NCBI GenBank assembly: GCA_965216315.1
Contig: CBDCFN010000016.1
Coordinates: 1,184,001-1,248,000, forward strand
Direction: 5' to 3'
DNA: 64,000 nucleotides
Source of the DNA: a bacterium
GTDB lineage: Bacteria > UBA10199 > 2-02-FULL-50-16 > JAJFLM01
In this document: piece by piece, positions 41,381 through 52,456 of the stretch
Layout: every line of letters begins with the position of its first letter
Numbering within the stretch: the stretch's first letter is position 1
Notes under the pieces: generated by a model
What the model saw: only the letters and a program-made list of their open reading frames with translations
What the model was told of the DNA's origin: nothing
Databases searched by the model: none
Translations under genes and position numbers: made by a program

Positions 41381-42793
41381 GTGGTTATGGGCGATATCCA
41401 GGAAGGGGTCGATGTCGTCGTCATTGGGGCGGGACCCGGCGGCTATGTCGCGGCGATACGTGCGGCCCAGCTCGGACGTGAGGTCCATCTCGTCGACTCC
41501 CTCGATCGTTTAGGCGGTGTCTGTCTTAATTGGGGCTGTATTCCTTCAAAGGCCCTTATTCACGTGGCCAATTTTTTTAATGATTTAGGTGCTGCCGGTG
41601 ATTTTGGCGTCAATATCGAGCAGAGTTCACTGGATTCTCAAAAGATGCAGGAGTGGAAAGAGGGGATTGTTGACCGTCTCTCCAAAGGTATCGGCCAGTT
41701 ATGTAAGGATAACGGCGTAACGGTTCACAAGGGAACGGCGCATTTCACCAGTGACAAGTCACTCGCTATCGATTCCGGCGATCGACTGGCCTCTTATCAT
41801 TTTAAAAACGCGATTATTGCGACGGGCTCGACTGAGATTGAGATCCCTGGCCTGGCCTTTGATGATAAGAAAGGAATCGTGTCCTCCCGCGGAGCCCTCA
41901 GTTGGACGGAAGTTCCACAACGCTTGGTCGTCGTCGGTGGAGGCTACATTGGTATCGAACTGGGTACGGTCTTCGCCAAGTTTGGCAGCCAGGTGACGAT
42001 TGTCGAGGCCCTCGATCGTATCTTGACCGGCATGGATCCCGATATCGTTAAACCGGTGGAGCGTAAACTTAAAAAACTTGGCGTTGACGTGCGGCTTAAT
42101 GCCAAGGCCGAGTCGTTTACGGATAAAAAGTTAATGCTCGAAGGTGGCGAGATGGTTGAAGCCGACAAAGTCTTGGTGGCTGTGGGTCGTAAACCGAATA
42201 CGGCCTCACTTGAGCTCAACAGTGCCGGAGTGGAACTCGACGAGAAAGGCTTTATCAAGACCCAACCCAATGGACAGACCTCTTGTTCGCATATCTATGC
42301 GATCGGTGATGTGGCCGGCGGGATGCTGCTCGCACATAAAGCAAGTGCCGAAGGAAAAGTGGCGGCCGAAGCGATCTGTGGTCAGGCCGCGGCCTTGGAT
42401 AGTCTGGTGCCGGCGGTTATCTTTTCGGACCCTGAGATTGCTAGCATTGGTTTGAATGAACACGAGGCACGTACACAAGGTTACCAGGTTGAAACCGGTC
42501 AGTTTCCTTTTGCAGCGCTAGGACGGGCGATGGCGGCCCATGCGACGGATGGTTTTGTTAAAGTCGTGTCCGATGCCCAAAGCCGGCGTCTGTTAGGTTT
42601 TCAAATCGTCGGGGGTCATGCCTCGGAATTAATTGCGACGGCGACGCATGCCCTCGAAATGGGGGCCTTATCCGATGACCTGGAACTCGTGATCAATACC
42701 CACCCGACCTTCGCCGAAGCGATTGGGGAGGCGGTGGAGTCGATTTACGGCAAGGCGATTCATCTTTCGCCGCGCAAACAGAAGCGTACCTAA
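41381..42793 (+). CDS. lpdA: dihydrolipoamide dehydrogenase E3 (start uncertain)
   Basis: GAGPGGY, GGVCLNWGCIPSK, LAHKA, HPTFAE. Confidence 0.95.
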   Translation: MVMGDIQEGVDVVVIGAGPGGYVAAIRAAQLGREVHLVDSLDRLGGVCLNWGCIPSKALIHVANFFNDLGAAGDFGVNIEQSSLDSQKMQEWKEGIVDRLSKGIGQLCKDNGVTVHKGTAHFTSDKSLAIDSGDRLASYHFKNAIIATGSTEIEIPGLAFDDKKGIVSSRGALSWTEVPQRLVVVGGGYIGIELGTVFAKFGSQVTIVEALDRILTGMDPDIVKPVERKLKKLGVDVRLNAKAESFTDKKLMLEGGEMVEADKVLVAVGRKPNTASLELNSAGVELDEKGFIKTQPNGQTSCSHIYAIGDVAGGMLLAHKASAEGKVAAEAICGQAAALDSLVPAVIFSDPEIASIGLNEHEARTQGYQVETGQFPFAALGRAMAAHATDGFVKVVSDAQSRRLLGFQIVGGHASELIATATHALEMGALSDDLELVINTHPTFAEAIGEAVESIYGKAIHLSPRKQKRT

Positions 42794-43521
42794 TCTTGTT
42801 TGGATAATTTTTCCGTAACTTGAAGCGCATTCCGACACAATCCCCGAATGATCCGCACTTCTTGTGAGGTGGGGCGTGCCCGATTAAAGAGGCGCCGCAG
42901 GATACGCGGGATGCGGTCGCGGTTTTGGGCGTCGAAATACTTCACGGCTTCATACAGTTCATCGAGGTGGTTGTACATTCCTTCGAGTTCATCGATGGAG
43001 GCCTCATCGGCCGGAAAGGAGGTCTCGATTTCAATCTGGCCCCGGCTGATTTCATAGAGAGCGACGAGGACGGCAGCGGAAAGGTTAAGCGAGGGCACTT
43101 GTTCAGAAGTAGGGATTTGGACGAGCTGTTGGCAGGCATCGGCCTCGCGCGTCGTGAACCCGCGTTTTTCGGGGCCAAAGACGAAGGCGACGCCGTGATC
43201 GCTCTTGAAATGTTTGTGGGTCGTGGTCGCGAGATCTTCCATCGAGAGGAGCTGGCAGCGGTGCCGGCCGAGACGGCGCGTGAAACCGACGGACCAGTGG
43301 CAACCACTGAGCGCGGCTTCGAGGCTAGAAACGGTTTGAGATTTTTCCAGAATGGGATAGGCGGCCATCGCCATGGCCTTGGCGTCGCTGGCAGTCGTGT
43401 CCGCTTTCGGGCTGACGAGGATCAGCTCCTCATAGCCCATATTGCCCATGGCGCGGGCAACGGAACCGAGATTGCCGGAAAACTCCGGTTCGATCAGCAC
43501 TATCCGTAGCGGTTGGCCCAT
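42790..43521 (-). CDS. trmJ: TrmJ/LasT-family SPOUT RNA methyltransferase
   Basis: IVLIEP..GNLGSVARAM, FGPEKRG, SLNLSAAV. Confidence 0.85.
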   Translation of the reverse strand: MGQPLRIVLIEPEFSGNLGSVARAMGNMGYEELILVSPKADTTASDAKAMAMAAYPILEKSQTVSSLEAALSGCHWSVGFTRRLGRHRCQLLSMEDLATTTHKHFKSDHGVAFVFGPEKRGFTTREADACQQLVQIPTSEQVPSLNLSAAVLVALYEISRGQIEIETSFPADEASIDELEGMYNHLDELYEAVKYFDAQNRDRIPRILRRLFNRARPTSQEVRIIRGLCRNALQVTEKLSKQD

Positions 43522-43763
43522 GGGGCCTTCTAGCCTAGATAGTTTTTAAAGGAAAGTTCCAAGGTCGGAGGGATTGAAATCAGTCTCGATTTCCTGATTC
43601 AGGCGCTCAAATGAGCTTTCCCTCTCCTCAGATGCGCCTTGGTTAGGCTGCATTAAGCAATTCATCGTCATATCCTTCCTAGCACCCAGTTCCAGTTGAT
43701 CTTTTGCTTAATGGATATTATCGGTAGCGCTTACTTTCGAGTTTCCTGAGAGGAGAGAGGATT

Positions 43764-45308
43764 ATGGAATTACAGCAAATGAAACGGCTCAACGGGACCG
43801 ACTTCATGGGGGCGGATGAGGATTTTTTGCCGCTGCTTCAACAACTTGGTGCGGACTCCGCACTCGTAGCGAAGCTGCAAAATTTTTCCGCTCGCGTCTC
43901 GACGGATTGGGATGCTTGGGCCGAAGAGGCGGCCTTGCAATATGAAGGGCCGTGGCTGGAGAGCTATGATGCACAGGGCCATGCCATCGAAAAAGTCTGT
44001 CTTCCCCCTCCGACGCGTAAAATCCGCGAAGAGGTCGTTGAGGCGGGGATCTTTAACAATAATTCCTATGTCGAACAGTATGCCAAGGTCTATTTGCTGG
44101 CCCACATCGGTGAGGCCGGCGTCGTCTGTCCCTTGGCCTGTACGGAGGGCCTGATCCGCGCGGTTCGCGAAGTCGGTTCGGATTTTCTGAAGGAGCGCTA
44201 TCTTCCGCAAATTCTCTCATCCAAAACACCGTTGGCCGGTGCGCAGTTTGTTACCGAACAGGATATGGGTTCGGATGTGGGGGCGTTAACGTGCCAAGCC
44301 ACGCCCGATGGCGAGGGGCAGTGGCGTCTGACCGGTGAAAAGTGGTTTTGCTCGGCGATTGACGAATTTTTTCTGATCGCGGCGCGGCCTCAAGGCGGTG
44401 CGGAGGGAACCCGCGGCGTGGGTATTTTTCTGATGCCGCGCGTTGTAGATGGAAAGCCGAATGGACTCCGCATTAAGCGACTCAAGGACAAGATCGGGAC
44501 ACGTAACCTGCCCACGGCCGAGATCGAACTCGAAGCGGCGATGGCGTACAACATTGGTCCGGTTGAACAGGGTTTTGCGAGCCTGATGAACTACGTCATC
44601 AATACCTCTCGCGTCATGAATGCGGCCAGCGCTCTCGGGATGATGGCGCGGGCCTGCTTAGAGGCCGAAAACTACGCGCGGCAACGTAGTGCCTTTGGGA
44701 CTAAAATCGGAAATTATCCGATGGTCAAAGAAAGTCTGAGTAAGATGCGCGCGATCCTGGCCGCGAAACGCGCGCTTTATTTTCAGCTCTTGGCCCGCAT
44801 GGATGCCAACCCGATTCAGGATTTGCGGAGCGAGGAAGCTTATTGGCAACGCTTTTTGATCAACCTTTGTAAATATAGAACGTCGATCGGCGCGACGGAG
44901 TGTGCCCATGAAGCCATTTTGCAATTCGGTGGTAATGGGACGATCGAAACCTTTTCGATTTTGCCACGGCTCTATCGTGACAGTCTGGTGATCGAGACCT
45001 GGGAGGGGACGCATAATACCTTGAGTCTGCAGATCTGCCGGGACTCGGAGCGCTTTTCATTTAAGTCCCATCTCGAGGAAACTTTTAAGGATGCTGAAAA
45101 CTCAGTCCAAGCAGCGTGGCAAGAGACCGCACCGCTGGTCGACTCAATGAAAGATCCCACGTGGGCCAGTCACCATGCGCGTCACATGCTCGATCGTTTG
45201 GGGTCATTGTTGGAACTTAATGCCTTGAGCCAGAGTCCTTCGAAAGAATTATTCGCGCGATATAAACAGCAAATTGAGCCTTTCCTCCGTCCTTTTGACT
45301 CGTTATAG
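43764..45308 (+). CDS. acyl-CoA dehydrogenase family protein (AidB-like)
   Basis: CPLACT, QFVTEQDMGSDV, GEKWFCS, LKDKIG, TWEGT. Confidence 0.88.
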   Translation: MELQQMKRLNGTDFMGADEDFLPLLQQLGADSALVAKLQNFSARVSTDWDAWAEEAALQYEGPWLESYDAQGHAIEKVCLPPPTRKIREEVVEAGIFNNNSYVEQYAKVYLLAHIGEAGVVCPLACTEGLIRAVREVGSDFLKERYLPQILSSKTPLAGAQFVTEQDMGSDVGALTCQATPDGEGQWRLTGEKWFCSAIDEFFLIAARPQGGAEGTRGVGIFLMPRVVDGKPNGLRIKRLKDKIGTRNLPTAEIELEAAMAYNIGPVEQGFASLMNYVINTSRVMNAASALGMMARACLEAENYARQRSAFGTKIGNYPMVKESLSKMRAILAAKRALYFQLLARMDANPIQDLRSEEAYWQRFLINLCKYRTSIGATECAHEAILQFGGNGTIETFSILPRLYRDSLVIETWEGTHNTLSLQICRDSERFSFKSHLEETFKDAENSVQAAWQETAPLVDSMKDPTWASHHARHMLDRLGSLLELNALSQSPSKELFARYKQQIEPFLRPFDSL

Positions 45309-45315
45309 TGCTGTC

Positions 45316-46353
45316 GTGGAAATAAAACAGCTTTCGGATCCCGACTTTGAAGAAATCTGGCAGATAGAAGATGCGAGTTGTTCGCTGACGGCCTTTGTGG
45401 CGATTCATAGTACCAAACTAGGTCCGGCCATTGGTGGCGTGCGGCTGCGCGCCTATGCGGATCAGGCCGATGCGGTGACGGAAGTTAAACGTCTCGCCGA
45501 GGGGATGACTTATAAAGCGGCCATTGCAGGACTAAAGTATGGCGGCGGCAAAGGCGTGATCATGTTACCGGCAGGTGAGTTCGATCGCAGGGCACTCTAT
45601 CAGGGCTTCGCTGAGCTCATCAACCATCTCCAAGGTCGTTATATTTCCGCGATCGATGCGGGGACTCAACTGGAAGATGTTGCAGAGATGAAGCGGCATT
45701 CTCAATGGGTCGGGGGCGCACCTGAATCGGCCGGAGGATCCGGCGATCCGTCGCCGATTACGGCGCGCGGCGTGCTCGCCGGTATCAAGGCGGCGGTCGA
45801 GGAGGCGTTGGGGAGCGACTCGCTCTCGGGGGTGAGGGTTGGGGTGCAAGGGCTGGGTTCCGTCGGGTCACGGCTCGTTGAGCTCCTGAATCAAGCAGGG
45901 TGTACCGTCTGGGGAACGGATATCGATCCGCGTCGTATCTTAACGCTCTCGGCGCAGACGTCGTTGCATTCGGTTATCCCGGAACAGCTCTTGGCACAGG
46001 ATCTCGATGTCTTATCTCCATGCGCCTTGGGAAGTGTGTTAAACGAACAAAGCATTCCGGAACTTCAGTGCCGCATTGTGGCCGGTGCCGCCAATGACCA
46101 GCTTTCGCACCGAGAAGATGCCCAGCGTCTCCATGAGCGGCATATCCTTTATGCTCCGGATTTTGTCATCAATTCGGGCGGGCTTATTCATATTGCGGTG
46201 GAATTAGCCGGCGCTGCAGAGGCTAAGGCCCTCGAACAAGCGGATGCGATTGGTGAGACTTTACGAGAGATCTTTCAACGGTCCAAATCCGAGCATATTA
46301 ATACGCATGAAGCGGCACTAGCGGAGGCCAAAAGACGGATTAGCTCAGTATAG
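45316..46353 (+). CDS. Glu/Leu/Phe/Val dehydrogenase (leucine dehydrogenase-like; start uncertain)
   Basis: HSTKLGPAIGG, GMTYK, GGGKGV, GDPSPITARG, GAANDQL, YAPDFVINSGG. Confidence 0.9.
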   Translation: MEIKQLSDPDFEEIWQIEDASCSLTAFVAIHSTKLGPAIGGVRLRAYADQADAVTEVKRLAEGMTYKAAIAGLKYGGGKGVIMLPAGEFDRRALYQGFAELINHLQGRYISAIDAGTQLEDVAEMKRHSQWVGGAPESAGGSGDPSPITARGVLAGIKAAVEEALGSDSLSGVRVGVQGLGSVGSRLVELLNQAGCTVWGTDIDPRRILTLSAQTSLHSVIPEQLLAQDLDVLSPCALGSVLNEQSIPELQCRIVAGAANDQLSHREDAQRLHERHILYAPDFVINSGGLIHIAVELAGAAEAKALEQADAIGETLREIFQRSKSEHINTHEAALAEAKRRISSV

Positions 46354-47311
46354 CCATTTCTCGATTCCATCTTTTTATCAGACGCATGACGGCTCCGTAG
46401 GAAACACCGGGGCGTTTAACAATGGCAATTCCGTTGTTTCGCCACCGATATTCCATGAATCTGTTTTTATATCGAGGCCAGATCTCCTTTAAGACCTTCT
46501 TTTGTTCGCGCGTGGGCCGTTTTCTGAAGTAAAGGCGAATTGTTTTCCGGCGGACGTAATCGAGGCGATAGAAATGCGTATAGAAATTAGAAATAATTTT
46601 AACCGCATTAGCAGGCTGGCGGACGATGCTAATTAAATGGAGGTCTTCACGATCGATATAGCCCGCTTTGACCGCATGATGCATGTCTTGCTTCAGATGG
46701 GTGGGATCACGTGATAAATAGATGATCGGCATTAACGGGGCCTTACCTGTCTGGATCAGTGTCAGCATTTCAAAGAGTTCATCACGCGTTCCCCAGCCGC
46801 CCTCGCAGGCAATAAAGGCTCGAGATAGTGAGGCGAAGAAAAATTTTCGTACCATAAAATAGTGGAACGTAGCGCCGGTTCCGACCCATGGATTTTCGCC
46901 CTCTTCGAAGGGGAGGGTAATGCGGAGGCCTAACGAATATTTTTTTAATAGCTGCTGATAGAGGTCTGAGTTTCTGATGTCATGTTCTTTGACCGCCTTC
47001 TTGCTACGAATAACATGATCGGCAATCGCATCGGCGACCCCCTGATTGGCGGCTTGCATCACTCCTTGGCTGGCGCCCGTGATCACGGAGAAGCCGGCAC
47101 GAAATAATCTTTGTCCCAATTCATAGGCGCGTTGATAAGGCGGGCTGTCCGGTTGGGCGCGGGCAGAACCAAAAACCGATACGACCGGGATATCAGACTT
47201 GCGCAGGTGACGGAATTGATCAGCAGCATAGAAGTACTCTAGGAGAACTCTCAAGCCACGCAAATGGGGTGCTTTGCCTTCTTCGATGTAGCGAGTCAGA
47301 TGCTCTTTCAT
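46340..47311 (-). CDS. LOG-family protein
   Basis: VSVFGSAR, GVMQAANQG, LPFEE, HYFMVRK, GGWGTRDE. Confidence 0.85.
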   Translation of the reverse strand: MKEHLTRYIEEGKAPHLRGLRVLLEYFYAADQFRHLRKSDIPVVSVFGSARAQPDSPPYQRAYELGQRLFRAGFSVITGASQGVMQAANQGVADAIADHVIRSKKAVKEHDIRNSDLYQQLLKKYSLGLRITLPFEEGENPWVGTGATFHYFMVRKFFFASLSRAFIACEGGWGTRDELFEMLTLIQTGKAPLMPIIYLSRDPTHLKQDMHHAVKAGYIDREDLHLISIVRQPANAVKIISNFYTHFYRLDYVRRKTIRLYFRKRPTREQKKVLKEIWPRYKNRFMEYRWRNNGIAIVKRPGVSYGAVMRLIKRWNREMAILS

Positions 47312-47420
47312 TCGATGTCTATTGTACGACAAGACTTGATTCGGGGCAATTGTTCAAGGTGACAGCGTAGTGACTCATTAGGGATTGTATGTTGGGATTT
47401 CATAGGATATAACCGTAGCG

Positions 47421-48200
47421 GTGAAACGAACGATTATCAGCGTCGCTTTGTTGATTTGGCCAGCACTCCTGCACGCCGGAACGGTGATGGAGCTTGAACT
47501 GGTCCGGCCGGGGCACATGAGTGAATTTCATAAGAGCTATTTTGATAAGGATCGCTTGCGCGTTGATATCAACCCTCAGCATGCGGTTATCTTTCGGCAG
47601 GATAAAAGCGCACTCTGGATCCTGGATAGAGAGAAAAAGTCATATATGGAGATTACGGAGGCCTTTCTCAATACTGTTTCCCAAAAGATGGCTCAGGCGC
47701 AGGGAATTATGATGAAGCGCATGGAAAATATGCCACCGGAACAACGTAAGGCGATGCAGAAGATCATGGGCAATAAATTGCCTTTTTTCCCGCAGCAGAA
47801 AACCGTGAAACCGACCTTTAACAAGGTGGCGACGGCTGTGGCCTGTTCGCAATGGACTTGTGATCAGTATGAAGAAAAGCGTGGCAATGAGAAAAAACGT
47901 GATGTGTGGGTTGCAACCTCCAGTGCACTCGGCATCGATGATACGGTGTATCAGTCCATGCGCGCGTTCGCCGGGTTTACGGCGAAATTAACGGACAAGG
48001 CGCTGACCGCTATGGGAGAAACGCCTGTTACGATGATAATGGATCTGGGGGGATTTCCGGTCAAGCAGACCTCTTATCAGGGCGATGGTCAGGTGAAGAT
48101 GGAGAGTCAGCTGAAATCCATTAAGACAGTTTCTTTGACTGCCGATACCTTCGAGCTCCCTGCGGGTTATGCGAAAAGGTCAATGCCTCAATTAAAGTAA
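47421..48200 (+). CDS. secreted hypothetical protein (DUF4412-like)
   Basis: signal peptide; K.Y.EI motif; C-terminal FELPAGY. Confidence 0.7.
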   Translation: MKRTIISVALLIWPALLHAGTVMELELVRPGHMSEFHKSYFDKDRLRVDINPQHAVIFRQDKSALWILDREKKSYMEITEAFLNTVSQKMAQAQGIMMKRMENMPPEQRKAMQKIMGNKLPFFPQQKTVKPTFNKVATAVACSQWTCDQYEEKRGNEKKRDVWVATSSALGIDDTVYQSMRAFAGFTAKLTDKALTAMGETPVTMIMDLGGFPVKQTSYQGDGQVKMESQLKSIKTVSLTADTFELPAGYAKRSMPQLK

Positions 48201-48248
48201 GCCCGTTCGATTCTTGAAAAAATAGGATAAATCTGGTTATTAGGCTCC

Positions 48249-49841
48249 GTGGCGAGTGAAGTTTATCGAACAAATCGCGCCAGTGGCTCGTATGATGTCA
48301 TTGTTATCGGTTCCGGTATTGGCGGCCTGGGCGCGGCCGCGCTTTTGGCTCGGGCGGGGAAGAAAGTCCTGGTGTTGGAAAAACACTATGTGGCTGGAGG
48401 CTTTACGCATACCTTCAAGCGACCCGGATATGAGTGGGACGTTGGCGTGCATTACATCGGGGAGGTCCATCGGCCTCGATCTATCCTGCGGCGCATTTTC
48501 GATGATATTTCAGATAAAAACCTTAAATGGGCACCCATGGCGCCCGTCTATGATCGCGTGATTATTGATGGAGATGAGTATTTATTTGAACAGGGAGTCA
48601 CTAATTTCAGGAAGCGAATGGTCGCGGCCTTTCCGGCGGAAGAGCAAGCCATTGATCAGTATATCCGCCTTGTTCACGAATCCGCGGGGTCTGCCCAGGG
48701 CTTTTTTGGTGAAAAGGCGATGCCTCCCTGGCTGGCGCGCATGTTACGACCCCTGAAGACGCGCAAGTTTCAGCGCTTATCGGACCGCACCACATGGGAT
48801 GTCATTTCTTCCCTTACAAAAAATCCAAAATTGATCGGTGTACTGACGGCTCAGTGGGGTGACTATGGTTTGCCGCCTAAAGAAAGTAGTTTTGCAATCC
48901 ATGCAATGGTTGTGAAGCATTACTTTGACGGCGGCAACTATCCTGTCGGTGGCTCGGCAAGCATGGTGGAGACAATTGAGCCGGTTATTGAAGGCTGCGG
49001 TGGTAAAATATTGGTAAAGGCCGGGGTGGAGAAGGTTCTCGTCAAGCAAGGCAAGGCTATCGGCGTTCGCCTTGAGAATGGCGATGAAATTTTAGCGCCG
49101 TTGATTGTCAGTGATGCAGGCGTGCCGAATACCATTGGGAAATTGCTTGATCGAGATGTTGCTGAGACGACCGGGTTATTAAAAAAACTGACGCGGGTAA
49201 AACCTTCACTGGGGCATATTTGCCTGTATCTGGGTTTTAAGGAAAGCGATGAAGCCTTAGGCCTGCAGAAAACCAACTACTGGATTTATCCAGATTATGA
49301 CCATGATGCCAATGTAGCGCGCTATAAAAACGATCCCGAGGCTCCCTTGCCGATTGTTTATATCTCTTTTCCCTCGGCCAAAGACCCGGCTTGGAACGAC
49401 AGGTATCCCGGGCACGCGACGGTTGAGGTGCTGGGTTTTACCCCCTATGAGTGGTTTCATCAGTGGGAAGAGACGCAGTGGAAAAAACGAGGAGATGATT
49501 ATGAGGGGTTTAAGCAGAAATTATCAGATCGCCTCTTAGAGAAACTCTATCAGTATGAACCTCAGTTGAAGGGAAAAGTCGATCATGCCGAATTATCGAC
49601 ACCGCTTTCAACGCGCCACTTTTGCAACTACGATCGTGGTGAAATTTATGGGATAGATCATACGCCGGCCCGTTTCCGGCAGAACTGGTTGCGTCCGCAC
49701 ACGCCGATAAAAAATCTCTTCTTAACGGGGCAGGATATCGCGACTGATGGCATAGGTGGGGCCCTGTTCGGGGGGGTGCTCGCAGCGAGCGCCATCCTGC
49801 GCCGCAATGTCATTAAAGACATTCTCCAGCGCACCGCCTAA
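48249..49841 (+). CDS. phytoene desaturase / retinol saturase-family FAD oxidoreductase
   Basis: IGSGIGG, LEKHYVAGG, WDVGVHY, STPLS, LFLTGQD. Confidence 0.88.
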   Translation: MASEVYRTNRASGSYDVIVIGSGIGGLGAAALLARAGKKVLVLEKHYVAGGFTHTFKRPGYEWDVGVHYIGEVHRPRSILRRIFDDISDKNLKWAPMAPVYDRVIIDGDEYLFEQGVTNFRKRMVAAFPAEEQAIDQYIRLVHESAGSAQGFFGEKAMPPWLARMLRPLKTRKFQRLSDRTTWDVISSLTKNPKLIGVLTAQWGDYGLPPKESSFAIHAMVVKHYFDGGNYPVGGSASMVETIEPVIEGCGGKILVKAGVEKVLVKQGKAIGVRLENGDEILAPLIVSDAGVPNTIGKLLDRDVAETTGLLKKLTRVKPSLGHICLYLGFKESDEALGLQKTNYWIYPDYDHDANVARYKNDPEAPLPIVYISFPSAKDPAWNDRYPGHATVEVLGFTPYEWFHQWEETQWKKRGDDYEGFKQKLSDRLLEKLYQYEPQLKGKVDHAELSTPLSTRHFCNYDRGEIYGIDHTPARFRQNWLRPHTPIKNLFLTGQDIATDGIGGALFGGVLAASAILRRNVIKDILQRTA

Positions 49842-49889
49842 TCGCCGTTAATATCTTCCTGTATATCTGTTACTATACTCACATTAACT

Positions 49890-50909
49890 ATGTTCTTGAT
49901 GAGAAACGCCAGGCGCAGCGATCTGGGAGATCTGCACAAACTCAGTTATGAACTCAAATCGATGAATCTGCCGAGTCAGAAGGCCGATTTGAGCCGAATG
50001 ATTACGCGTTCGGAGCAGAGTTTTAAGCGTTTCTGGGGCCGTAACAAGGAACATGCGCAGTATGTCTTCGTGATGGAAGATACGGATACCGGCAAGGTCA
50101 TTGGTTCGAGTAAAATATTTGCCCGGCATGGAACCGAGAAAAAGCCCCATTTATACTTTCAGGTAATAGAAGAGAAAGTCAGGTCGAAGACGCTCAATCT
50201 GGAGTTTGATCGGAAGTCGTATCGCTTTAAGTCGGATACGCGGGGGTGTACGGAGGTCGGCGGACTTATTTTGTCGCCGCGTTATCGTGGGCATCCGGAT
50301 CAACTTGGCAAGCAACTCTCATATATAAGATTTTTATTTATGAAGGTGCGTCCGGGAAGCTTCATGAAAAAAGTTATCGCGGAGCTATTGCCACCGCTGC
50401 GTGATGGCCGGTCAAGTCTTTGGGAGTTTTACGGGAAAAAGTTGACGAGACTGGCTTATCACAAGGCGGATCTACTCAGTTATAAGAATAAAGAATTTGT
50501 CATGCGGCTTTTTCCACGCGCGGATCTCATTCATGATGTGCTGCCCGCAGAGGTGCAGGCAGATATGGGGCAAACCGGAGCCGAGTCAACCGCAGCTCGC
50601 GCTCTCTTGTCGAAAATTGGCTTTCGCTATGCCCATCAGGTGGATCCCTTTGATGGGGGACCTCATTATACGGCGGTGCGTGACCAGATTCAGATTTATC
50701 GTCAGGCGAAGCAGCTAAGGTTTGGTGGGATACTCAAATATCCAACAAAGCAGCGTCGAATGATCTTGGTAGAGCGCGGTGCTGAAATCAGATGCTTGAC
50801 AGCCGTCAGTCAGATTCGACATGGTTATATATATATCCAACCGGAGGCAGCCGAGTTGTTGAAATTGCGTCGTGAACAGGTAGTTTTTGCCTATTTAATG
50901 AGGACTTAG
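49890..50909 (+). CDS. astA: arginine N-succinyltransferase
   Basis: YVFVMED, TEVGGLIL, LSYIRFLF, VIAEL, VDPFDGGP. Confidence 0.88.
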   Translation: MFLMRNARRSDLGDLHKLSYELKSMNLPSQKADLSRMITRSEQSFKRFWGRNKEHAQYVFVMEDTDTGKVIGSSKIFARHGTEKKPHLYFQVIEEKVRSKTLNLEFDRKSYRFKSDTRGCTEVGGLILSPRYRGHPDQLGKQLSYIRFLFMKVRPGSFMKKVIAELLPPLRDGRSSLWEFYGKKLTRLAYHKADLLSYKNKEFVMRLFPRADLIHDVLPAEVQADMGQTGAESTAARALLSKIGFRYAHQVDPFDGGPHYTAVRDQIQIYRQAKQLRFGGILKYPTKQRRMILVERGAEIRCLTAVSQIRHGYIYIQPEAAELLKLRREQVVFAYLMRT

Positions 50910-52349
50910 ATGTTGAACTTCAAGGGAGCTTACGTCAACGGGCGTTTCGCCAAGGCGAAGGAGAAAGGTCTCCAAGAGAAGCGGGATCCCGGTAATTTGG
51001 ATCAGGTTATTGGCGAGTGGACGGCGACGCCTGAGCAGGTGGATCCGGCGGTTGAGGCCGCGGGCAAGGCTAAGAAACAATGGTTTCGCTTGCCGGCGAA
51101 AGAACGCTATCAGCACTTGATTGGGCTGCAGAGCGTTTTCAAGGAACGGGCCGGTGAGTTGGCGCAGATAATCTCGGCCGAGATGGGGAAGATATTACCG
51201 GAATCCGAAGCGGAGGTTGCGGCTTCGATCAGAAAAATTGATGTGACCCTGTCGGAAGGCATGAAGCTGGTTGAGGAGACGCGGCAGGGTTCGAATGGAT
51301 ACTCTACGCGCTATCATCCGCGCGGCGTGCTGGCCATACTAGGCCCTTTCAACTTCCCCTTGCATTTACCCAACGGACAATGGGTGGCGGCCTTGGCGAC
51401 CGGTAATACGGTTATATTTAAGCCATCGGAGTTAACACCTTTTACGGGTCAGTTGATCGCCGAATGTTTTCACCAGGCGGGTTTTCCTCCGGGAGTTTTT
51501 AATTTGGTTCAAGGTGCCGGCGATGTGGGGGCCCAGCTAGCGAAGCACGCTGATATCCAAGGAGTGATTTTTGTCGGTTCTGATGCAACGGGACATAAGA
51601 TTGAGCATGCCATCAGTGCTGATTTGAATAAGATTTGTGTGCTGGAGATGGGAGGCAAAAATGCCGCGATTATTTTTGAAGATGCTCCCATTGACAAGGC
51701 GTTGACGACGTGTACGGCTAGTGCGCTCAGCACGACGGGACAGCGCTGTAATGCCTTGAGTCGCATTATTATCCACGAAGATCTGGTGACGGACTTTACA
51801 GTGGAGCTTTCCAGTCGCGTTCTTGAATGGATATCAGGACATTACACGGATAAAGCGGCGATGATGGGGCCTTTGGTATCAGAGGCCGCGTTAAAGAAAT
51901 TTCTTAAATATCAAGAGAAGGCCAGCAAAGAAGGTGCGCGGAGTGTGCTCAAAGGGCGCGCGATCAGCAAACATCCTCCCGGTTATTATGTCTTGCCGTC
52001 GATACATCGTATCGATTGGCAGGGACCTGGTAAGGATAGAAAAGGCTATCGCTATGACGAAATATTCGGTCCCGATATCGCCATTTATACCTTTAAGAAA
52101 ACCGCGGAGGCCATCGCGATGCATAACGATACCCGTTATGGTCTGGTGGCCTCTGTATTTACTAAGAAGAAAAACGTTTTTGAGAGGATGTACCGTGAGT
52201 TAGAAGTGGGAGATTTGCGCTGGAATAAACCGACGATTACGGCCTCGGGCATGCTGCCTTTTGGGGGCGTCAAGGCGAGTGGCAACAATCATCCCGCCGG
52301 TCTCTTCAGTCCGCTTTATTGCACCTACCCGGTCGCCATACAAATGTAG
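50910..52349 (+). CDS. astD: aldehyde dehydrogenase, succinylglutamate-semialdehyde dehydrogenase-like
   Basis: GPFNFPLHLPNG, FKPSELTP, LEMGGKN, PFGGVKASGN, YCTYP; follows astA. Confidence 0.8.
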   Translation: MLNFKGAYVNGRFAKAKEKGLQEKRDPGNLDQVIGEWTATPEQVDPAVEAAGKAKKQWFRLPAKERYQHLIGLQSVFKERAGELAQIISAEMGKILPESEAEVAASIRKIDVTLSEGMKLVEETRQGSNGYSTRYHPRGVLAILGPFNFPLHLPNGQWVAALATGNTVIFKPSELTPFTGQLIAECFHQAGFPPGVFNLVQGAGDVGAQLAKHADIQGVIFVGSDATGHKIEHAISADLNKICVLEMGGKNAAIIFEDAPIDKALTTCTASALSTTGQRCNALSRIIIHEDLVTDFTVELSSRVLEWISGHYTDKAAMMGPLVSEAALKKFLKYQEKASKEGARSVLKGRAISKHPPGYYVLPSIHRIDWQGPGKDRKGYRYDEIFGPDIAIYTFKKTAEAIAMHNDTRYGLVASVFTKKKNVFERMYRELEVGDLRWNKPTITASGMLPFGGVKASGNNHPAGLFSPLYCTYPVAIQM

Positions 52350-52456
52350 TATATTTAATCACTAGGCGGGTCCTGCCGCATACGCAATCCTTTTGCTGCG
52401 TCTAAAAACGACGTTCAAAAGGATCGCTCGCGTCACCCGCCGCAAGTGAGAAATAT

